Below, piece after piece: positions 30,161 through 41,012 of a stretch of DNA of 64,000 bases (positions are counted from its first letter, which is position 1; each line of letters begins with the position of its first letter). A program made the position numbers and the translations under genes. Where the stretch lies: contig CAVWIG010000018.1 in the NCBI GenBank assembly GCA_963754945.1, positions 32,001 through 96,000 on the forward strand. The letters run 5' to 3'. The notes beneath the pieces were generated by a model that saw nothing but the letters and a program-made list of their open reading frames with translations, searched no databases and was not told the origin of the DNA. Origin of the DNA: Methanotrichaceae archaeon. Lineage in GTDB: Archaea; Halobacteriota; Methanosarcinia; Methanotrichales; Methanotrichaceae.

Positions 30161-31321
30161 TCAATATTTATACTCTTTGTACCTCTTGATCAGCCACGCG
30201 GATACTGCCAACAATGGTAGGATTAGTAGGTAATATAGGTATTTATACTCTTGTTCCAGGACTACGATAGTTGTGCTCCCTTCCTTTAGCATCACATCGT
30301 TCCCATCCTGATAGCTGACTTTGAGGTTGACAGTGTATTCGCCACTGCTTCTTCCAGTAAGCTCGGCCGAATAACTCTCCGTCGCCCCAGGATCGATCTC
30401 GAAGTAGCTCCGATCCAAGTCGGCGACTTCCAAGCCACCCGAGGGCGTGACCTCAGACTTAATCTCCACCTTGTAGGCGACGGCCTTCCCGGAGTTGTAC
30501 AGGCTGACATTTAATCTGCCATTTTGCCCCAAAGGTATCGATCCGGAAGGGTTCAGCTTAATATCGAGATCAGGTTTGTTCTTGGGAGCTACGACAACGT
30601 TGAAGGGTGCCGACTCGTTGGATTTTGTGTTCTTCTTGGAGTCCGAGTACCTGACCTCTATAGGCGGCACTTTCACTGTCCCCTCTTTGACGGCATCGAT
30701 GACGTAGATGGCGGAGTCGGATTCTCCGGGATCTAGTTGACTCTTGATCTTAGGAGGGTACCCGGCGATGTACACGAAGTTGGCCAGAGGAGGCTGATCG
30801 TCAACTACGATATCCTGAGCCCTGGCTCCTCCGATGTTCTTCACGGTGACTGTGACCTTGACCTCGCCTCCAACGCTCGGATTATCACCGTCGAAGGTTT
30901 TTTCTACGGCCAAGACGGGCTGGCTACCAGGGCCCTTTGAACCGCTCTCGGCTGTTTGCTTTCTGGGTGTACCCAGATCCTTGGGGTACTCAACACGCAC
31001 CTTTGCAGATTGATCGTCGAATATATCTGTAATGGTGACGGTCAGGCCACCGTTCTCCGAACCACCGTCAAAGCTGTTAGCGTTGTTTTGCAGCAGTGCT
31101 CTCTGTTCATCCAAGGCACCCCCCGACTTGGTTGCCCTTATGACGACGATGCCGTCTCTGACTGACTGGACCTCAACCAACTGAATGGTATAGCTGGCTA
31201 TCTCGATGGAGTCGCCGGTATAAAGGGTAAAATCGCTAAAGGTGACTTCATTATTGCTGTCCTTTGCCTGAGAGGATGTCATGATTATGGCGATCAAGAC
31301 CATCAGATAAGTCAGCCGCAT
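30161..31321 (-). CDS. Surface protein with BatD/COG1361-like Ig domains and C-terminal TM anchor
   Basis: Signal peptide, VTVTVKNIG, L.PGES, C-terminal TM followed by basic tail. Confidence 0.7.
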   Translation of the reverse strand: MRLTYLMVLIAIIMTSSQAKDSNNEVTFSDFTLYTGDSIEIASYTIQLVEVQSVRDGIVVIRATKSGGALDEQRALLQNNANSFDGGSENGGLTVTITDIFDDQSAKVRVEYPKDLGTPRKQTAESGSKGPGSQPVLAVEKTFDGDNPSVGGEVKVTVTVKNIGGARAQDIVVDDQPPLANFVYIAGYPPKIKSQLDPGESDSAIYVIDAVKEGTVKVPPIEVRYSDSKKNTKSNESAPFNVVVAPKNKPDLDIKLNPSGSIPLGQNGRLNVSLYNSGKAVAYKVEIKSEVTPSGGLEVADLDRSYFEIDPGATESYSAELTGRSSGEYTVNLKVSYQDGNDVMLKEGSTTIVVLEQEYKYLYYLLILPLLAVSAWLIKRYKEYKY

Positions 31322-31355
31322 ATCAGCTTACCTTTGACAACCCACATTTATACTT

Positions 31356-32183
31356 TTACCCCATTCGAGACTGCTCGATCTCCAGGCTCAGGTCTATCCA
31401 TCTGGCGTTCCTGGTCAGCATTCCCAGGGAGATAACATCAATCCCGGATCCAGCGTATTCTTCAAGGTTATCAATGGTTATATTTCCTGATGCTTCCAGA
31501 ATCACGTGGTTCCTCTGACCGTTCTGTTTCAGGATCTCCACCCCCCTTTTGATCTCAGAGGGCAACATATTGTCAAACATTATTATGTCGACGCCAAGAT
31601 CTGCAGCTCGCCGCATTGTGCTCAAGTCTTCTACCTCTACCTCGATCTTTTTTGTAAAGCTCGCCTGCCTTCTAGCCGCCCTTACACATTCTTCCAGGCC
31701 CATGAGCTTCATGTGGTTATCCTTTATCAAAACGGAATCGGAGAGGTTGAACCGGTGTGGATCTCCACCGCCTAAAAAAACTGCCCGCTTCTCGTAGATC
31801 CTGAACCCTGGTGTGGTCTTGCGCGTGGCTGCGACTTTCACACCATTGGCGTGTAGAACGCACTCCCTTGTAAGGGTAGATACACCGCTCATTCTGGCCA
31901 GGAAATTCAGTACCAAGCGTTCTGCCTGCAGTATTTTCCTAGACCTGCCCTGGACAATCATGAAAACAGAACCCATAGACACAAACTCACCATCGTCGTA
32001 GAGCTGCTCAGCATCCAATCCAAAGTAGCCCAGGATCTCCTCCGCTTCGGATAAGCCGGAGATAATGCAGTCCTCCTTAGCCAGCAGGACGGCTCTGGCA
32101 TTTACATCGGGAACTATGGAGCTCGAGAGATCCCACTCCCCTATATCCTCAGTCACGAAGCGTTCCAGCTCAGAAGGCAACAT
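31356..32183 (-). CDS. nadC: Nicotinate-nucleotide diphosphorylase (carboxylating)
   Basis: ERLVLN, TRKTTPG, HR..LSD.VLIKDNH, EVEVE, EASGNI. Confidence 0.93.
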   Translation of the reverse strand: MLPSELERFVTEDIGEWDLSSSIVPDVNARAVLLAKEDCIISGLSEAEEILGYFGLDAEQLYDDGEFVSMGSVFMIVQGRSRKILQAERLVLNFLARMSGVSTLTRECVLHANGVKVAATRKTTPGFRIYEKRAVFLGGGDPHRFNLSDSVLIKDNHMKLMGLEECVRAARRQASFTKKIEVEVEDLSTMRRAADLGVDIIMFDNMLPSEIKRGVEILKQNGQRNHVILEASGNITIDNLEEYAGSGIDVISLGMLTRNARWIDLSLEIEQSRMG

Positions 32184-32223
32184 ACCGCAAGGATTTTGAT
32201 GTCCAATTGATTTATAGCCTCCG

Positions 32224-33036
32224 ATGGTTCTCAAAATAGGACTGGTTGGCTGTGGAGCCATAGGATCCGAGATAGCCAAGTCGATCGATCGAGGAGATAT
32301 CTCAGCCCAACTGGTCGCAGTTTGCGACCACAACCCAGAGACTGCACAGGAACTAATTAGCAACCTGATGACCAAGCCGGTCAAGGCCAACCTGGAGGAG
32401 CTGGTGGACAGATCCGATCTCGTGGTAGAAGCTGCGTCTCAAAGGGCGGTGCCTGCCATAGCCGCAGCGGCGCTAGGGAAAGGACGCAATTTGATGATCA
32501 TGAGCGTGGGGGCTCTGGCCGACGTCGAGCTGTATAGATCAATAAAGAGGATGGCCTCAGAGCATGGCTCAAAGGTTTACTTGCCCTCGGGGGCGATCTC
32601 CGGTTTGGACGGCCTCAAATCTGCGAGCTCGGGCAGCATCAAAAGAGTCACCCTAACAACTACCAAGAGCCCAGAGAGCCTGGAAGGTGCTCCCCACGTT
32701 CGAGAGAAGAATATCGATCTCAAAGGATTGAAAGAGCCTACACTGATCTTTGAAGGGTCAGCAGCCGAGGCTGTCAAGGCCTTTCCCGCCAACGTCAACG
32801 TGGCGGCTACTCTCTGTCTGGCTGCTCGGGATGGAAATGTTAGGGTCAGGATCATTGCTGACCCCAACATCAAGGTAAACAGGCACGAGATAGTGGCTGA
32901 GGGGGACTTTGGCCGGATAACCACCAGGGTGGAGAACGTGCCCTCGCCTAAGAACCCCAAGACCAGCTATCTTGCCGCTTTATCAGCCATAGCAACTCTT
33001 AGGTCGATAGTAGAGCCCATCAAGATAGGAACCTAA
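32224..33036 (+). CDS. nadX: L-aspartate dehydrogenase
   Basis: GCGAIG, EAAS, SVGAL, PSGAI.GLD, FPANVNVAA, NPKTS. Confidence 0.93.
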   Translation: MVLKIGLVGCGAIGSEIAKSIDRGDISAQLVAVCDHNPETAQELISNLMTKPVKANLEELVDRSDLVVEAASQRAVPAIAAAALGKGRNLMIMSVGALADVELYRSIKRMASEHGSKVYLPSGAISGLDGLKSASSGSIKRVTLTTTKSPESLEGAPHVREKNIDLKGLKEPTLIFEGSAAEAVKAFPANVNVAATLCLAARDGNVRVRIIADPNIKVNRHEIVAEGDFGRITTRVENVPSPKNPKTSYLAALSAIATLRSIVEPIKIGT

Positions 33037-34436
33037 GAGAAAAGGGGCTTGGAATCAGGCCACTCCGGTGGAGAAGTTGGCCTTTTTGACCCTATTACTA
33101 TCGTGCTGCCGATGCGCCGGTAAGGCACATTGTTCTCCTCTTCGGGATCGTAGCGGGCGTACTTGAGTAGGGCCATTTTAAGCTCGTCCATGTTCAGAAA
33201 GGCTGTGTTACAGGGCTTGATCAGAGGACGGGCATCCACGGCTTTTGTGTTCCCCATGGGAATGACATAAGGTTGGTCGCCTATGCCGTCTCCATCGTTG
33301 TCCGTCCCGCGATAGTCGCTGTAATAGTTCCCAACGCTCGCGTTCCAGAAGCTGTGGGTTGAGTTGTCGTAGGCACTGATGGTGTTCCGAACGAAGTTGT
33401 TGTGGTAAATCAGGTTGTTGTAGTTCTTGTCAACGCGAATCCCATGGGTGTTGTCGGTTGCATTATTGCTGTATATTACGTTGTATGCACATCCCCTAAT
33501 GAGCTCCATGCCGTTGAAGTTCCTGCTGGCTGTATTCCTGGCCAGGATATTGTGGCTGCTATTCTCCTGGAGACTGATGCCGATACCGAAACCCTTTATG
33601 ATCTCGTTTCTAATGTTGTCATCTGCCACATTGTCGAGAATTGTGTTGTTGTTCGAACCTGAGGCTAGGATGCCATAGTAGCTTTGATCCGCTCTATTAT
33701 GGCTGACATCTGTGAAGGTCGAATTCCACAGGACTATGCCTTCCTTGTTGCCTGAAGCTGTGTTGTTGGATGCGCTACAAGATGTAGACTCCTTGAGAAG
33801 GATCCCCGAGTTTTTCGTGTCCGATACCCTGTTGTTATCCACCTTGATGCTACTAGAGTGCTCGACGTCGATCCCGGATTTGTCGCAACCTGACAATCTG
33901 CAACTGCTTATGCGTCCTGCACGGCAGTTGAGAAGCTGCGCACCCGTGGCACAGCGATCGAAGGTATCATTAACGACAGATAGGTTGACAACATCGTCAG
34001 CATACACACCCACCTGTGCCCCAAGCAGGTCAACGCTCTGTATAGCAACGTTGTTACCTCGGACAATTATTCCAGCATTGGGCAGGTTCAACATGAGGGC
34101 AGTCGTAGCAGGATGCTGCATGTAATAGTCGAATTTGGAAGTAGAGGCCTCTGGCACACCTTTTATTTTAAATCCAGAAACCAGTGTTCTGTCCGCGCTT
34201 ACAATTATCCCTGGCGTCTGAACGGCCGCCTGGACGACTGGCCAGCCGACCCCCACAATCCTCAAGGGTTTGTCCACCTCAAACGGGTTGTACTGGCCCG
34301 GTCCTACAATAATAGTGTCTCCGCTGATGGCTTTATCTATGGCCGACTGAACGTCCGCTCCGGCCTGAAGGGTGGAGGCCGTTGCAGAGGAGATCACCGC
34401 CAAGGCTAGAAGGGATAACAGAAGTCCGGTTCGGAT
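33033..34436 (-). CDS. Exported NosD/CASH beta-helix protein (start uncertain, possibly ATC 34436)
   Basis: Signal peptide, VQSAID.A.SGD, beta-helix repeats, GNYYSDY.G.D.DGDGIGD.PY. Confidence 0.82.
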   Translation of the reverse strand: MRTGLLLSLLALAVISSATASTLQAGADVQSAIDKAISGDTIIVGPGQYNPFEVDKPLRIVGVGWPVVQAAVQTPGIIVSADRTLVSGFKIKGVPEASTSKFDYYMQHPATTALMLNLPNAGIIVRGNNVAIQSVDLLGAQVGVYADDVVNLSVVNDTFDRCATGAQLLNCRAGRISSCRLSGCDKSGIDVEHSSSIKVDNNRVSDTKNSGILLKESTSCSASNNTASGNKEGIVLWNSTFTDVSHNRADQSYYGILASGSNNNTILDNVADDNIRNEIIKGFGIGISLQENSSHNILARNTASRNFNGMELIRGCAYNVIYSNNATDNTHGIRVDKNYNNLIYHNNFVRNTISAYDNSTHSFWNASVGNYYSDYRGTDNDGDGIGDQPYVIPMGNTKAVDARPLIKPCNTAFLNMDELKMALLKYARYDPEEENNVPYRRIGSTIVIGSKRPTSPPEWPDSKPLFS

Positions 34437-34437
34437 A

Positions 34438-35778
34438 TCAGTGCCTGAAGTGCCGCATTCCTGTGAAGACCATGGCCATATCATACTCGTCAGCCGCCTG
34501 GATCACCTCAGCATCTCGTATGGACCCGCCGGGATGGACTACCGCAGTGGCCCCCGCCCGATAGGTCTCCTCTAGGCCATCGCGGAAGGGGAAGAATGAG
34601 TCGGTCGCGGCAACGGTGCCCTTGGTGCTCAAACCATGTTCTGCGGCCTTCTCAGCGCCGAAGCGTGCAGAATCTACCCTGCTGACCTGGCCCGATCCAA
34701 TGCCGATGGTGCGATCCTCAGTTGTGTACACAAGGGCGTTCGACTTTACGTACTTTGCTACCTTCCAGGCGAACCGGAGGGCCCGGACCTCGGAATCGGT
34801 GGGCTTCCTCCTGGTCACCACACGCCACTCCTTGATGTCTCCGGTATCGTAATCCTGGACCAGCAGGCCGCCGAAGACACCCTTGATGAACTGGCCGGAG
34901 TAAAGCTCTTTTTTCCGGGATAACAAGTCTCCAACGTCAAGAATTCGCCGGTTTGGCTTGTTCTCCGTCAGAAGCAACAATGCCTCGGGATCATACCCTG
35001 GGGCAAGCAGGACCTCAACGAAGCTGTCGCCTATGGCTTGCGCAGTCTTCACGTCCACTGTCCGATTGAAGCCTATGACCCCTCCGAAAGCGGATTTAGG
35101 GTCAGTGGCAAATGACGCACGATACGCCGATTCAAGGTCTGGGCCATAGGCCACGCCACAGGGATTGGCGTGCTTGACTATGACGCAGAGGGCTTTATCC
35201 ATTCGGGCTCCGTCGTACTCCGAAAGGTCGATCTGCATCTCCAGAACTGTCTCGGCATCGACTACATTATTGTAGGACATCTCCCGGCCGTTTAGTTTAG
35301 CTGCCTTGTAAAGGCCCAAACCCCCTGGATTTCTGTAGAGGGCTGCCTTCTGGTGCCAGTTCTCCCCGTACCTCAAGTCCTGGACCTTCTCGTAAGCCTT
35401 GACCATGAAATCGGGCAGGCTGTCCTGCATGGAGGCAAGCAGCTTGGTATCGCTTTCTATGCACTTAAACAGAGCATAGGCATCCAGCCTCTTCCTGCTT
35501 TTTTCAGACACGCTCCCGGTTTGCTTGATCTCGTTCAAGATGTCTGGGAACTTCTGAGGGTCCAGCAGTACGCAACATCCAAAATTCAGAGCCCTGCGGA
35601 TCGTGATTGCCGATTGCTCACAGACGTCATCCGAGTGGCCCATAAGGATCTGATCCAGACCTTCGGGTCGGAGAAAAGAATTAGACGAGATCTCCAGGCC
35701 AAGCTGCTCAAGGTCGGAGAGAAAGGATTTTACCGCCTGGGATGAACCATCCAAGAGAAGGACTTGGCGTAATTTCAT
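34438..35778 (-). CDS. purH: PurH-like AICAR transformylase with degenerate N-terminal cyclohydrolase domain
   Basis: [52 protein letters not shown]. Confidence 0.88.
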   Translation of the reverse strand: MKLRQVLLLDGSSQAVKSFLSDLEQLGLEISSNSFLRPEGLDQILMGHSDDVCEQSAITIRRALNFGCCVLLDPQKFPDILNEIKQTGSVSEKSRKRLDAYALFKCIESDTKLLASMQDSLPDFMVKAYEKVQDLRYGENWHQKAALYRNPGGLGLYKAAKLNGREMSYNNVVDAETVLEMQIDLSEYDGARMDKALCVIVKHANPCGVAYGPDLESAYRASFATDPKSAFGGVIGFNRTVDVKTAQAIGDSFVEVLLAPGYDPEALLLLTENKPNRRILDVGDLLSRKKELYSGQFIKGVFGGLLVQDYDTGDIKEWRVVTRRKPTDSEVRALRFAWKVAKYVKSNALVYTTEDRTIGIGSGQVSRVDSARFGAEKAAEHGLSTKGTVAATDSFFPFRDGLEETYRAGATAVVHPGGSIRDAEVIQAADEYDMAMVFTGMRHFRH

Positions 35779-35969
35779 GAAACCTCGCTCCCTATGGAGG
35801 CTGCGCTATTTCAACTTTTTGCCGCCCTATTCAGATCAGGACATGCGGCAAACGCATCATCTCAAATTTAAATGCCGATTGTAGAGCTAGTTGGGGCCAA
35901 TGGTAAGGCTATTATCGATGCACCTCTTAAAGGATAAGTTTTAAGGTTGTTGCAAACAGCGTAAGCAAC

Positions 35970-36284
35970 GTGGAAGATTTCAGGAAGGCCATCAAGCCTC
36001 ATCCTCGCGGTCTGACCATTCAATTTGAAGTGAATCCGGGATCGTCCAAACTTGAGGTTCCATCGGGCTTCAATCCATGGCGCAGAACTCTGGAGGCCAG
36101 GCTCACCGAGGAACCCACCAAAGGAAGAGCGAACCGACAGTTGGTGGAGGAGGTAGCCAGGATACTGGTCATTCCTGAGAGAAACGTGGAGGTTCTGAGC
36201 GGTCACAAAAGTGCCAGGAAAGTTTTGTTAGTGACAGGTGTGGATCTCGAAGCCGCGATCTTTTGCCTGAAGGGGAGTAGATGA
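35970..36284 (+). CDS. DUF167 (YggU-like) protein
   Basis: V.PGS, EEPTKGRAN, SGHKSARK. Confidence 0.85.
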   Translation: MEDFRKAIKPHPRGLTIQFEVNPGSSKLEVPSGFNPWRRTLEARLTEEPTKGRANRQLVEEVARILVIPERNVEVLSGHKSARKVLLVTGVDLEAAIFCLKGSR

Positions 36285-36296
36285 TCCGGAGAGGCA

Positions 36297-36722
36297 ATGC
36301 AGAATAGTAGAAACAATTCTCGAACGAAAGGGACATACGATGCAGAGGCCCTCGAAGAACTCATAAGCGCTCTCCTGGAGGCATCGGGCCGAGGAGCCGT
36401 CATAATCGTGGAGGGCAGGCGGGACCAAGAGTCACTTCGCGCTTTGGGAATACATGGACCGGTGATAACGGCATCCCAAAAGCCAGCGCTTGCCTTGGCT
36501 GAGGATGTCGCTAGAGAGCATCGGGAGATTATTGTGCTCACCGACTGGGATGAGAAGGGCGAGGAGATGGCGTTACAGATCGAGAAACACCTGCGCTGCA
36601 GTGGTTCGAGGGGCGATGTGGAGATCAGATCCCGGCTAAAGAGGTTGGTCAAGAAGGAAATCAAGGACGTAGAGAGCCTGAGCCGGTACGTAGAGAGGAT
36701 GAGGGAGCTGTACGGCACTTAG
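36297..36722 (+). CDS. Stand-alone Toprim domain protein
   Basis: IIVEG.RD, LTDWD.KGE, KDVESL. Confidence 0.85.
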   Translation: MQNSRNNSRTKGTYDAEALEELISALLEASGRGAVIIVEGRRDQESLRALGIHGPVITASQKPALALAEDVAREHREIIVLTDWDEKGEEMALQIEKHLRCSGSRGDVEIRSRLKRLVKKEIKDVESLSRYVERMRELYGT

Positions 36723-37224
36723 AATCGCAGTAACAGGATCGCCTGGGGTGGGAAAGTCCACTCTGGTGCAAAAGGCCGCAGAGGCGGCCAAGGTCAAGGT
36801 TGGCGGTGTGCTTGCCAGGGACAAGAGGGTCAAAGACCGCAGAGCAGGTTTCGAGCTTTTGGACCTGGGATCAGGGCAAACAGGCATGCTGGCGGACGAG
36901 ACCGGGAACGGTCCTCAACTGGGAAAGTATCGAGTTCGCCTGGACGACCTGGACCAAATAGGAGCTAAAGCCATCGAAGATGCCCTCAAAGCAGATCTGA
37001 TCGTTGTGGACGAAGTCGGGCCCATGGAGCTATCCTCTCGTAGGTTCATAGGCGCTGTCGAGAAAGCCATTGCTTCGGACAAGCCCATGCTCGTCGTCCT
37101 ACATCAGTGGTCTGTGCATCCGCTGGCCAAGAAGATAAGGAAGAACTTCAGGGTGCTAACCGTCACCAAAGAGAATCGAGATTCTTTATTGTACGATCTG
37201 ACAAAAGAGCTGGATGATCTTTGA
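36712..37224 (+). CDS. THEP1-type nucleoside triphosphatase (start apparently ACG)
   Basis: RIAVTGSPGVGKST Walker A, GF, GKY.V, VVDEVGPMEL. Confidence 0.85.
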   Translation, partial: TALRIAVTGSPGVGKSTLVQKAAEAAKVKVGGVLARDKRVKDRRAGFELLDLGSGQTGMLADETGNGPQLGKYRVRLDDLDQIGAKAIEDALKADLIVVDEVGPMELSSRRFIGAVEKAIASDKPMLVVLHQWSVHPLAKKIRKNFRVLTVTKENRDSLLYDLTKELDDL

Positions 37225-37470
37225 TCTTTGGAGATTCACGGCATTTAGCTATTGACAATATCATCGCATTGCGGAGGCCGTACACGGAGTCAGGACAATT
37301 CCTCGTGAACAATTCCTGAAAGAATTGAACCAGTTGAATCTGGTTTAATTAGTTCTATATTTTTCGCTTTCCTGACAGAAAAGACTAACAGAAATTAAAG
37401 AGACCATACAGAAATTAGAGTTGACTACTGGGAAAAACAGGTTCTGAAAAAAAGAGAGGATTGCGGTGCC

Positions 37471-38298
37471 TTAAACAACGATCCCGTAAGCTTCCCTGAA
37501 TGCTGCCTGAGCGTAAGGTATGGAGGCATAGGCATAGCCGTTATCGCCCCATCCGGTCCCCCAGCTATTCCTCACGATGAATCTGTTCGGAGTGTATCCT
37601 ACGAAAGCTACGCAGTGGCCACCGCGTACGGTATTGGGGTTATATACATCCAGGTTACCGCGTGTATTCGTGGCGTTAAACCACGTATCATCCACACCCA
37701 GAGCTGTCAAGACAGGTCCTCTTGAAGCCAGCCAGGTCCTCCAGTTATCCATATTCGTTCCAAGGTTCCAATAGCTGGCAATCCTGTGATTTGCCGCATT
37801 TGCGAAGAAGGCCGTATAGTCTCCGCGATACATCTGTTCTAAACCAGTCCAGTTGCCTGCAGCGTCCTTAACCCTGAACGGCAGAAGATCGTCAGTCGGT
37901 ATGCCGAATTTCAGGGCCATATTAAGGGCAGCCTTGAGGCTGGTGCCCTCAAACTCCAGCATTGTCGTTGGATAAGAAGTGAATTCATCGGTCTCTTTAG
38001 CAGCCATCCAAACAAACCTGACCGCAAGATGCTGGTTCTGAGGCAGCTTTCCCGCCTTGACGAAGTTCCACCGGCAGACAGAGTCGGCCGTCCCCCAGCC
38101 TACACAAGAACCGGAATCTACCTGGTTGCCGATATCATACCAGGGATTCCCAGCACGCAGATCAACCGATGCGGGGAGACCCGAAGTCGCGCTGACCATG
38201 CCAGCTTTGATTGCATGTTCAAACTTCCAATCCCACTCCGTGTTCTTAGACGGCACACAGTTTAAAATTCTATCTGTAAAAATATCTTCTTTTGGCAT
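37471..38298 (-). CDS. C1 (papain-like) cysteine peptidase, no signal peptide
   Basis: LPASVDLR, NQ..SGSCVGW, GGHCV, RNSWG..WG.NGY. Confidence 0.9.
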   Translation of the reverse strand: MPKEDIFTDRILNCVPSKNTEWDWKFEHAIKAGMVSATSGLPASVDLRAGNPWYDIGNQVDSGSCVGWGTADSVCRWNFVKAGKLPQNQHLAVRFVWMAAKETDEFTSYPTTMLEFEGTSLKAALNMALKFGIPTDDLLPFRVKDAAGNWTGLEQMYRGDYTAFFANAANHRIASYWNLGTNMDNWRTWLASRGPVLTALGVDDTWFNATNTRGNLDVYNPNTVRGGHCVAFVGYTPNRFIVRNSWGTGWGDNGYAYASIPYAQAAFREAYGIVV

Positions 38299-39102
38299 AG
38301 TACATCTCGATTTTTATCTATGTAATTAACAAGATATAAAGTTTTTGATTGAAATGCATTTTAAATCAATTTTCTAAATATATGAATTTATAATAACTCA
38401 AGAGGGTACATGGTCAAGCTTCCAAGGTCGCGAAGTATGCGCAGATTTTGAAGAACTCTGTGGATTCCGAGGAGACTGCCAGCGAGATCGCTATTCCTGA
38501 TGAAGGACAGAGTGGCGGTGGAGGAGGTGGTGGGATTGGCAGCGCAGGTGGTAGAATGGGATGTAGGCTTCTGATTATGCTCTAGTTATGAGGCATTTTT
38601 AAGGAAGTCGTCTACATATGTCACAGAAATATTGCATGCACCAACACTGTCTGTTGCTCAAGGCCATTATACAACCATTAGATCCAGCCCAAAATGTTTT
38701 TTAGCTTACTTATGATTCCGAGGACTATAAGCACAAATCTGTTAGCTCGCCTACTATTGATAGATTGTTGGCGTAGCATAGTGTTTTTGATAATATAGGA
38801 CCTGGAGCGCAAAGGCACGGAGATGGAGGGCTGAAGGTGTTTATAAATACCATTGGAGGCTGAGAGATTGCAAAAGATAGGCTGAAATGACGCAGGTTAT
38901 ATGCACCTAGCCTCAAGCCCCACGCTCATGCATTTGATTGAACTGATTCTCGTATAGAACTGGAACTACCTAAAGTTGACTTGTTTCTGGTTCCCAAACG
39001 TTAGTCACTGATTCTCCTATGTCCATCGCCCCCTCCGGTGCACCTTACCCCCATACGAAGCCATGTATATCTTGTCGTGCAAGCAAGAAGAAGGTGTGAA
39101 AT

Positions 39103-39258
39103 ATGGAATGTATGCTATGTGACTTCTGTGAAGTGGTCGTTAATGTCGATCAAAATGACTTCAGTCTAAATGTCTTAGGGTCTTGTGAAAAACACCCGGA
39201 ACTTGGAACCTTCAAAATATTGGATGGTGTGACTTGTCCTGAACAGGTTCAACGTTAG
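39103..39258 (+). CDS. Small Cys-rich protein (51 aa), not in the ORF track
   Basis: AAGGTG RBS; MECMLCDFC...GSCEKH...VTCPEQVQR*. Confidence 0.45.
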   Translation: MECMLCDFCEVVVNVDQNDFSLNVLGSCEKHPELGTFKILDGVTCPEQVQR

Positions 39259-39401
39259 TTTTCACACGTGCGGCTCGTTTCAATAACTTGGATACAGGTG
39301 ATTTGTAAAAGCCAATCGTTTGCAATATCGCCCTGACTGATACCGCAGTCCACTAGCCGCTTTATCGGTTCGATTTGTTCTGGCCTAATTTTGTTGAAAA
39401 A

Positions 39402-39590
39402 TTAATATTCCGAATCCGCATAGTATACAGGTGGCACCATTGCATCGCACATGCAAATATAAGCTACTCTATGATTTCTTTGGTCATCAAATTCGTTGTC
39501 CCTTGCAAGCCGCGGGCACCCGATGCAAAAACGTGGGTTGTGGTCATCGAATTTTTCAATGAATGGACACTTATCAGTCGGTCTCATCAT
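39402..39590 (-). CDS. Small Cys-rich protein
   Basis: GGGAGGT RBS directly before ATGATG; CPF..CIGC..CMC. Confidence 0.45.
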   Translation of the reverse strand: MMRPTDKCPFIEKFDDHNPRFCIGCPRLARDNEFDDQRNHRVAYICMCDAMVPPVYYADSEY

Positions 39591-40376
39591 ACCTCCCAAG
39601 TCCTTGTATCTTAATCAAACTCTAAATAAACTTGTGGGCATGGCATTACTTGTTGTGTTGCCTAGCCAGAGTTGCACACGCATATCCTGAATGTAGTCTA
39701 TATGCTATTATACAACTTTTCAGGCCAGGAAAGAGCTTCCGATATTTTCCCATGAAAATGGTGCCAGCAGATATCACTTTTATTATTCGGGCGTGAGCCT
39801 CTGTCCTGATCTTTAGGCTCATGTGGGTTTATAAATATCTTTTTGGCCTCGTAAGCGTGCGCTTTTGCGCTCCAGGTTCTACACCACAGCCGATGGCGGT
39901 TAAATCGATATCGGCCAAAGGGCCCGGTCCATGTCCATAGACTAATGGGATATAGAGTTTGCCGGAACGAGTTAGGAGCCTTTTCGGGAAAGGCTCGATC
40001 TTGGAAAAAATTCTTGTAAGTTACATGCACTTCAACAATCGAAACGCCATCACACCGTATTTCTAGGTGTCAGCGCGAATACAACGGGGTTTAAGACACG
40101 ACATCACCTAAGCCCAAGGCGGCCATAACTTAACTATCTAGTCCTTGGCACCCTAAACAGCATAGAAACACGAATCTTGGGCATCTTGGCGGCGGGTTCC
40201 ACAGAATTAGGATAATTATATAAATATAGGTAACATCAGAGAAAACTGCTCGACAGTAAATCCATAGACCAAGATCCGAGTGTTCGAGAGCTAGGAGTGT
40301 ATATAAGAAATTCGTTATATCGGGGCAATTACCTTATTGTTAATGCCTATCCGGAGATTGGATTTTAATATCAAGC

Positions 40377-40709
40377 TCATTCATTGGAAATCTGAATTCT
40401 GAATTTCCGTCTGTTCATCACATTCGTCTCCCAAGGCCGCTTATAAATTGCGATTACTTCCGTCTCGTCTAAACGAAGAGGTGTAAAGGCGAAGACCTCC
40501 ACACTTCCGCCCCCAATAGCCTCCGACTTTGGGGTCACATACCATTCTTTGTCCAGCCTCAAGAAGTCTGAATCGTATTCAACTGTCCATTTATATCCAG
40601 CAGTAGGAAGCGAATCAAGAGCTATGGTGAAGGACCGGTTAAGCTTTGCCTGTATTATGTTTTCAGTCTTCTCTTCTTCACCCGGTATTCTGCTCTTTGA
40701 TGTATCCAT
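40377..40709 (-). CDS. Chagasin-family (I42) cysteine protease inhibitor
   Basis: L.S.PTAGYKW, IGGG and Y.RPWE loop motifs. Confidence 0.88.
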   Translation of the reverse strand: MDTSKSRIPGEEEKTENIIQAKLNRSFTIALDSLPTAGYKWTVEYDSDFLRLDKEWYVTPKSEAIGGGSVEVFAFTPLRLDETEVIAIYKRPWETNVMNRRKFRIQISNE

Positions 40710-41012
40710 CAGTGATATTGTGATTTATTTGCACCTATAGCTTTCGGCTAATCCTGCGCTATACCTGTTCTGTTACTGTTCTCATCTCCAAACTTATTTC
40801 AGACTTCAAAGATAAGATAGTTCACGCATCAATAATAGATCCAGACAAAGACGAATCCAAGTTGGCCTTCAAGCGAGCCTGCTGGTCGTGCGAATGCCGC
40901 GAACATGATCAGACTTTGAATTTATAAAATATAGCTAAGTTCGGAGGAAAGTGCCTCAAAAGACGCTACATCAAGGCTTAGCTTCAAAATAAGAAGAGGG
41001 ACCCGTAAGGGA

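Noticed and set aside
32184-32390. N-terminal extension of nadC
   Set aside because: Overlaps nadX on the opposite strand; the NadC-like sequence starts at 32183
38400-38580. Possible HEPN-gene remnant (EEVVGLAAQVVEW)
   Set aside because: Too short and degenerate to support without a search
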